The notes beneath the pieces are model-generated. The model saw only the letters and a program-made list of their open reading frames with translations, had not been told where the DNA came from and did not search any database. From positions 124,001-188,000 of the forward strand of contig NMRA01000117.1 of assembly GCA_002633005.1 (NCBI GenBank): a stretch of DNA of 64,000 bases. The letters run 5' to 3'. Positions 61,501-64,000 of this stretch are shown piece by piece. A program made the position numbers and the translations under genes. Positions within the stretch are counted from its first letter, which is position 1; every line of letters begins with the position of its first letter. The DNA is from Phoronis australis. Its lineage: Eukaryota > Animalia > Phoronida.

Positions 61501-63710
61501 ATTTTCTGGATTCCTTACATTACAAAGAAGGATAATTTAATACACAGAGGGATTAGAGAAGATACAGACAGTGTCTTCAAACAAAATGATACCAGGGGTA
61601 TGTTTCATGAAGTCTTCACGACAGAAATTTTGTCTTACACAAGAACAAGTCTCACCAAATGTGTCCAATATGTCTGTGATGAGCACAAATTTGCTGGGGT
61701 AGAACTGGATGACAGAGACATCTGCCAGCAGTTTAGCACACTGTATTGCAATCTTCAGTGCTCTCACTCTCTGATCCATGTCCCAGGCACTAACTAAAGC
61801 CCGGTTCAAATCATCAATTTTGTTGACATAATCCTGTTGGCTGAGGTTCAGCATCTCTCGTAGAGAACCCTACAGGAGAATATTGAAATGAGACAATCTG
61901 CAAATCAACAAGCTTGAACCAGTGTGTCTGAGGCAAAAAGAAAGAATGTGAACACGAACAAAATATAATGACAAAATTTGAACGAATATCACATGTATAT
62001 AAAACAGGTTACCCTTTGGTTTCTTTTATTTCTTATACTCTACAAAAACAAATAAGATATGTAGTGAAGGGTACTTGCTACACCAATTCCTTTTACCGAG
62101 ATACATATGTGAATGTGGACAACATCACAATTAAAGTGTATTTTACACAGACTATCAGCCTTGGCTACCTATAAGAGCTGAAACAATTAGCTGAAGTTTT
62201 AAAATGAGTTACGGATGTACAGATTCTAATCTAATGCTCAAAAGTAGTAAGACTGCTAAAACTGTAGTCATGGTAAAGTCTAGGCAGCGACCACCATCTC
62301 TAGCAGTGGCTACAGTCTCCAGTAGGGATGGTGAAGCTCCTATAGGAGCCGGAGGCTTTTCGGCGAGTTATGGCTCACACTGATTAAAACATCAAAGTCA
62401 TGTTGTTATAAGTACCTTTTGTCCATAGAGGGGTACCTCAGGAGGTCATCGATATATTGAATTCCGTCCAACTCGAATAAATACTCCTACAATCAAACTT
62501 TTTATTGAAACAGTCCTCCGTTCAACTGGCCATTTTTACACTGCGCCTGCTCCTAATGTTACCGTGCCCGCCAGAAGCACGAGAGGTGTTAAAAATGACC
62601 AGTTGCCGATTTGGACAACTGAACAAAAGACTGCTTGAATAAAAGTTTGATTACGGGAGTATTTGTTCAAGTTGGAAGGAATTAAAGAAATCAATGGCTT
62701 TGGCTTCCCAAGGTGTCCCTCTATATCCTATAACAACCTGACTTTGATGTTTTAATCAGTGTGAGGCATAATTCGCCAAAAAGCTTCCAGAGTATGAAGC
62801 TCCTATAGGGGCCAGCTAGAGATGGCAGTCATTGTCTAGGTAAAGTTAAGACTAACCCACACCTATAGAATGAGCAATGAAACCAGGGCCTACTAAGACA
62901 GCTAACTTTCTCTGGGAACTACCCTACAAAAAGTCTTACCCCAGATATAAAATCAAATTTCATAGTAGACATCCAAGTTAAGCTTTGCAAAAACTTAATG
63001 ATAATCGATGCTATCCCTGGGTCACTCTAATTCAACAAAATCAAAGACATGATCATTAATACATATTACAAAACTGAAGAAACACAATTCCCCAACAAGT
63101 GAGACTGATGCTGAAAACATAAAAGGCTTTGAATGTCTCCAAGCTTTGGAAAACTGATAAAAGCCATTATGTCATGAATAACAACCTGCGAACGTATTTT
63201 ACCTTTAAGAAAGACATAAATTGAGACCGAGTTGAGCAGCCCTTATATCAGTCACGACATACTAACCTCCTCAATATCATCGAGTTGATCTAACCTGTTT
63301 TTCACTTTATCTGTAACTGTGCTTTGCTGTTTTATGACAACTGAAAATAGAATGCAGCAAGTAGTTAACGTAATTTCCATTGGCTTTTGGGCTTTGAGAA
63401 CATTTTGTGTATTAGGTCAAAATGCCCCAGTCTCTTAATGTCCTCATACCAAACAAGTCAATAATAGATTTCTGACATTTGCTTACACTTGATAATTTGG
63501 CAATTTGGCTTAAACACGCAAAGTGATTTCAGATGATTACAGAACCTTAATAAGTCAACACAAACCTCTCTCCTTGTCATTTGCAGACAGAAAACTTGTT
63601 GTGATGGACAGCTTCTCTGACGTGGTATACTTGCTGAGTATTGCTGCCTTCCTGGCAGACCAAGGCTCAAACGTGTCCTCACCATCTGTATCATCTGATG
63701 TGCTCTTACT
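46436..63710 (-). CDS. VPS35L: VPS35 endosomal protein-sorting factor-like (C16orf62; Retriever/Commander subunit), 5'-partial, 22 exons in window
   Basis: 22 GT-AG exons join in frame (2625 nt, ending ...LQSRT*). Diagnostic segments are [76 protein letters not shown] and [11 protein letters not shown]. Confidence 0.97.
47003..47149 (-). CDS. VPS35L: VPS35L exon
   Basis: [49 protein letters not shown]|gtttgt. Confidence 0.95.
48028..48152 (-). CDS. VPS35L: VPS35L exon
   Basis: (V)[41 protein letters not shown]|gtttgt. Confidence 0.95.
48374..48539 (-). CDS. VPS35L: VPS35L exon
   Basis: [24 protein letters not shown]...[10 protein letters not shown]|gtagat. Confidence 0.95.
49242..49381 (-). 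CDS. VPS35L: VPS35L exon
   Basis: [46 protein letters not shown]|gtaagt. Confidence 0.95.
50082..50196 (-). CDS. VPS35L: VPS35L exon
   Basis: [38 protein letters not shown]|gtgata. Confidence 0.95.
50584..50661 (-). CDS. VPS35L: VPS35L exon
   Basis: [26 protein letters not shown]|gtaggt. Confidence 0.95.
51018..51180 (-). CDS. VPS35L: VPS35L exon
   Basis: [54 protein letters not shown]|gttagt. Confidence 0.96.
51642..51722 (-). CDS. VPS35L: VPS35L exon
   Basis: [26 protein letters not shown](N)|gtaagt. Confidence 0.94.
52048..52320. mobile_element. Foldback inverted repeat, probably a Penelope-like terminal remnant
   Basis: 52048-52135 is an imperfect reverse complement of 52238-52320 (core ctgcagctcaggccc.tgttca). 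Confidence 0.55.
52378..52463 (-). CDS. VPS35L: VPS35L exon
   Basis: [28 protein letters not shown](K)|gttggt. Confidence 0.94.
52874..53017 (-). CDS. VPS35L: VPS35L exon
   Basis: [48 protein letters not shown]|gtaagt. Confidence 0.95.
53343..53396 (-). CDS. VPS35L: VPS35L exon
   Basis: [18 protein letters not shown]|gtaagt. Confidence 0.95.
54959..55075 (-). CDS. VPS35L: VPS35L exon
   Basis: [39 protein letters not shown]|gtaaat. Confidence 0.95.
56008..56119 (-). CDS. VPS35L: VPS35L exon
   Basis: [37 protein letters not shown]|gtgagt. Confidence 0.95.
56838..57007 (-). CDS. VPS35L: VPS35L exon
   Basis: [37 protein letters not shown]...CKENCN|gtatgt. Confidence 0.94.
58342..58419 (-). 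CDS. VPS35L: VPS35L exon
   Basis: [26 protein letters not shown]|gtgaac. Confidence 0.92.
59411..59504 (-). CDS. VPS35L: VPS35L exon
   Basis: [31 protein letters not shown]|gtaagt. Confidence 0.95.
60682..60826 (-). CDS. VPS35L: VPS35L exon
   Basis: [47 protein letters not shown]|gtaggt. Confidence 0.95.
61193..61270 (-). CDS. VPS35L: VPS35L exon
   Basis: (G)[25 protein letters not shown]|gtgagt. Confidence 0.92.
61656..61869 (-). CDS. VPS35L: VPS35L exon
   Basis: [19 protein letters not shown]...[17 protein letters not shown]|gtgaga. Confidence 0.96.
62280..62839. mobile_element. Long-TIR foldback MITE
   Basis: Imperfect inverted arms of about 250 bp (e.g. cacactgattaaaacatcaaagtca / tgactttgatgttttaatcagtgtg), flanked by the direct repeat GTAAAGT. 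Confidence 0.8.
63267..63340 (-). CDS. VPS35L: VPS35L exon
   Basis: [24 protein letters not shown]|gttagt. Confidence 0.92.
63566..63710 (-). CDS. VPS35L: VPS35L exon (first in window)
   Basis: ttcag|[48 protein letters not shown]|gtttgt. Confidence 0.9.
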
Positions 63711-64000
63711 CTGAATAGACAGTGATAACCATTCAATCACGCTGTATGTCTAGTCATGCATAAAAACCATTTGTTGAGAACAGCTATTCTGCGTTGAGCA
63801 AAACATGCACTGTGCACACTTGTGTAAAGAAAATCCAAATTGTTAAAATTTCCCCAACGATTCCTGTTGTTGTCATATAAACAATAAATTGTGAGAGTAA
63901 TTACTTTGATATCCTACACACAACAAGGTACAAACTCAGCAGCTTGAAGTGATACAGCATCTTAGTTCTTCCAGCAGCTAAAAATTTAGCAGGACCAAAA

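Noticed and set aside
1-64000. Prokaryotic operon, defence system or horizontally transferred bacterial gene
   Set aside because: No long intronless ORFs exist; all recognisable intact coding sequence is intron-split and metazoan-like.

Overview
This is AT-rich animal genomic DNA with spliceosomal GT-AG introns, not prokaryotic DNA. It is probably from a heterozygous invertebrate (inference), and most of the supplied ORFs are spurious. Two multi-exon genes on the minus strand were reconstructed by eye with consistent intron phases. The first is a complete SLC39A11/ZIP11 zinc transporter (9 coding exons, 41681->18491, 334 aa). The second is the last 22 coding exons of VPS35L/C16orf62, a Retriever complex subunit (63710->46436; the 5' end lies beyond the window). 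A third minus-strand gene may start at an ATG-bearing exon at 9651-9748. Introns and intergenic DNA hold many non-autonomous elements: two CCGTA/TA-TSD Tc2/pogo-like elements carrying a decayed HIRAN-like ORF, Kolobok-like, Harbinger-like and hAT-like MITEs, HINE-like elements, a decayed RNase H, a tRNA-derived head and foldback hairpins. There are also minisatellites, one 467-N gap and two apparent haplotype-duplication artefacts. No clear-cut new biological system is demonstrable from the sequence alone. The best leads are the HIRAN-carrying transposon family and a strong splice donor 3 nt after the ZIP11 stop codon.
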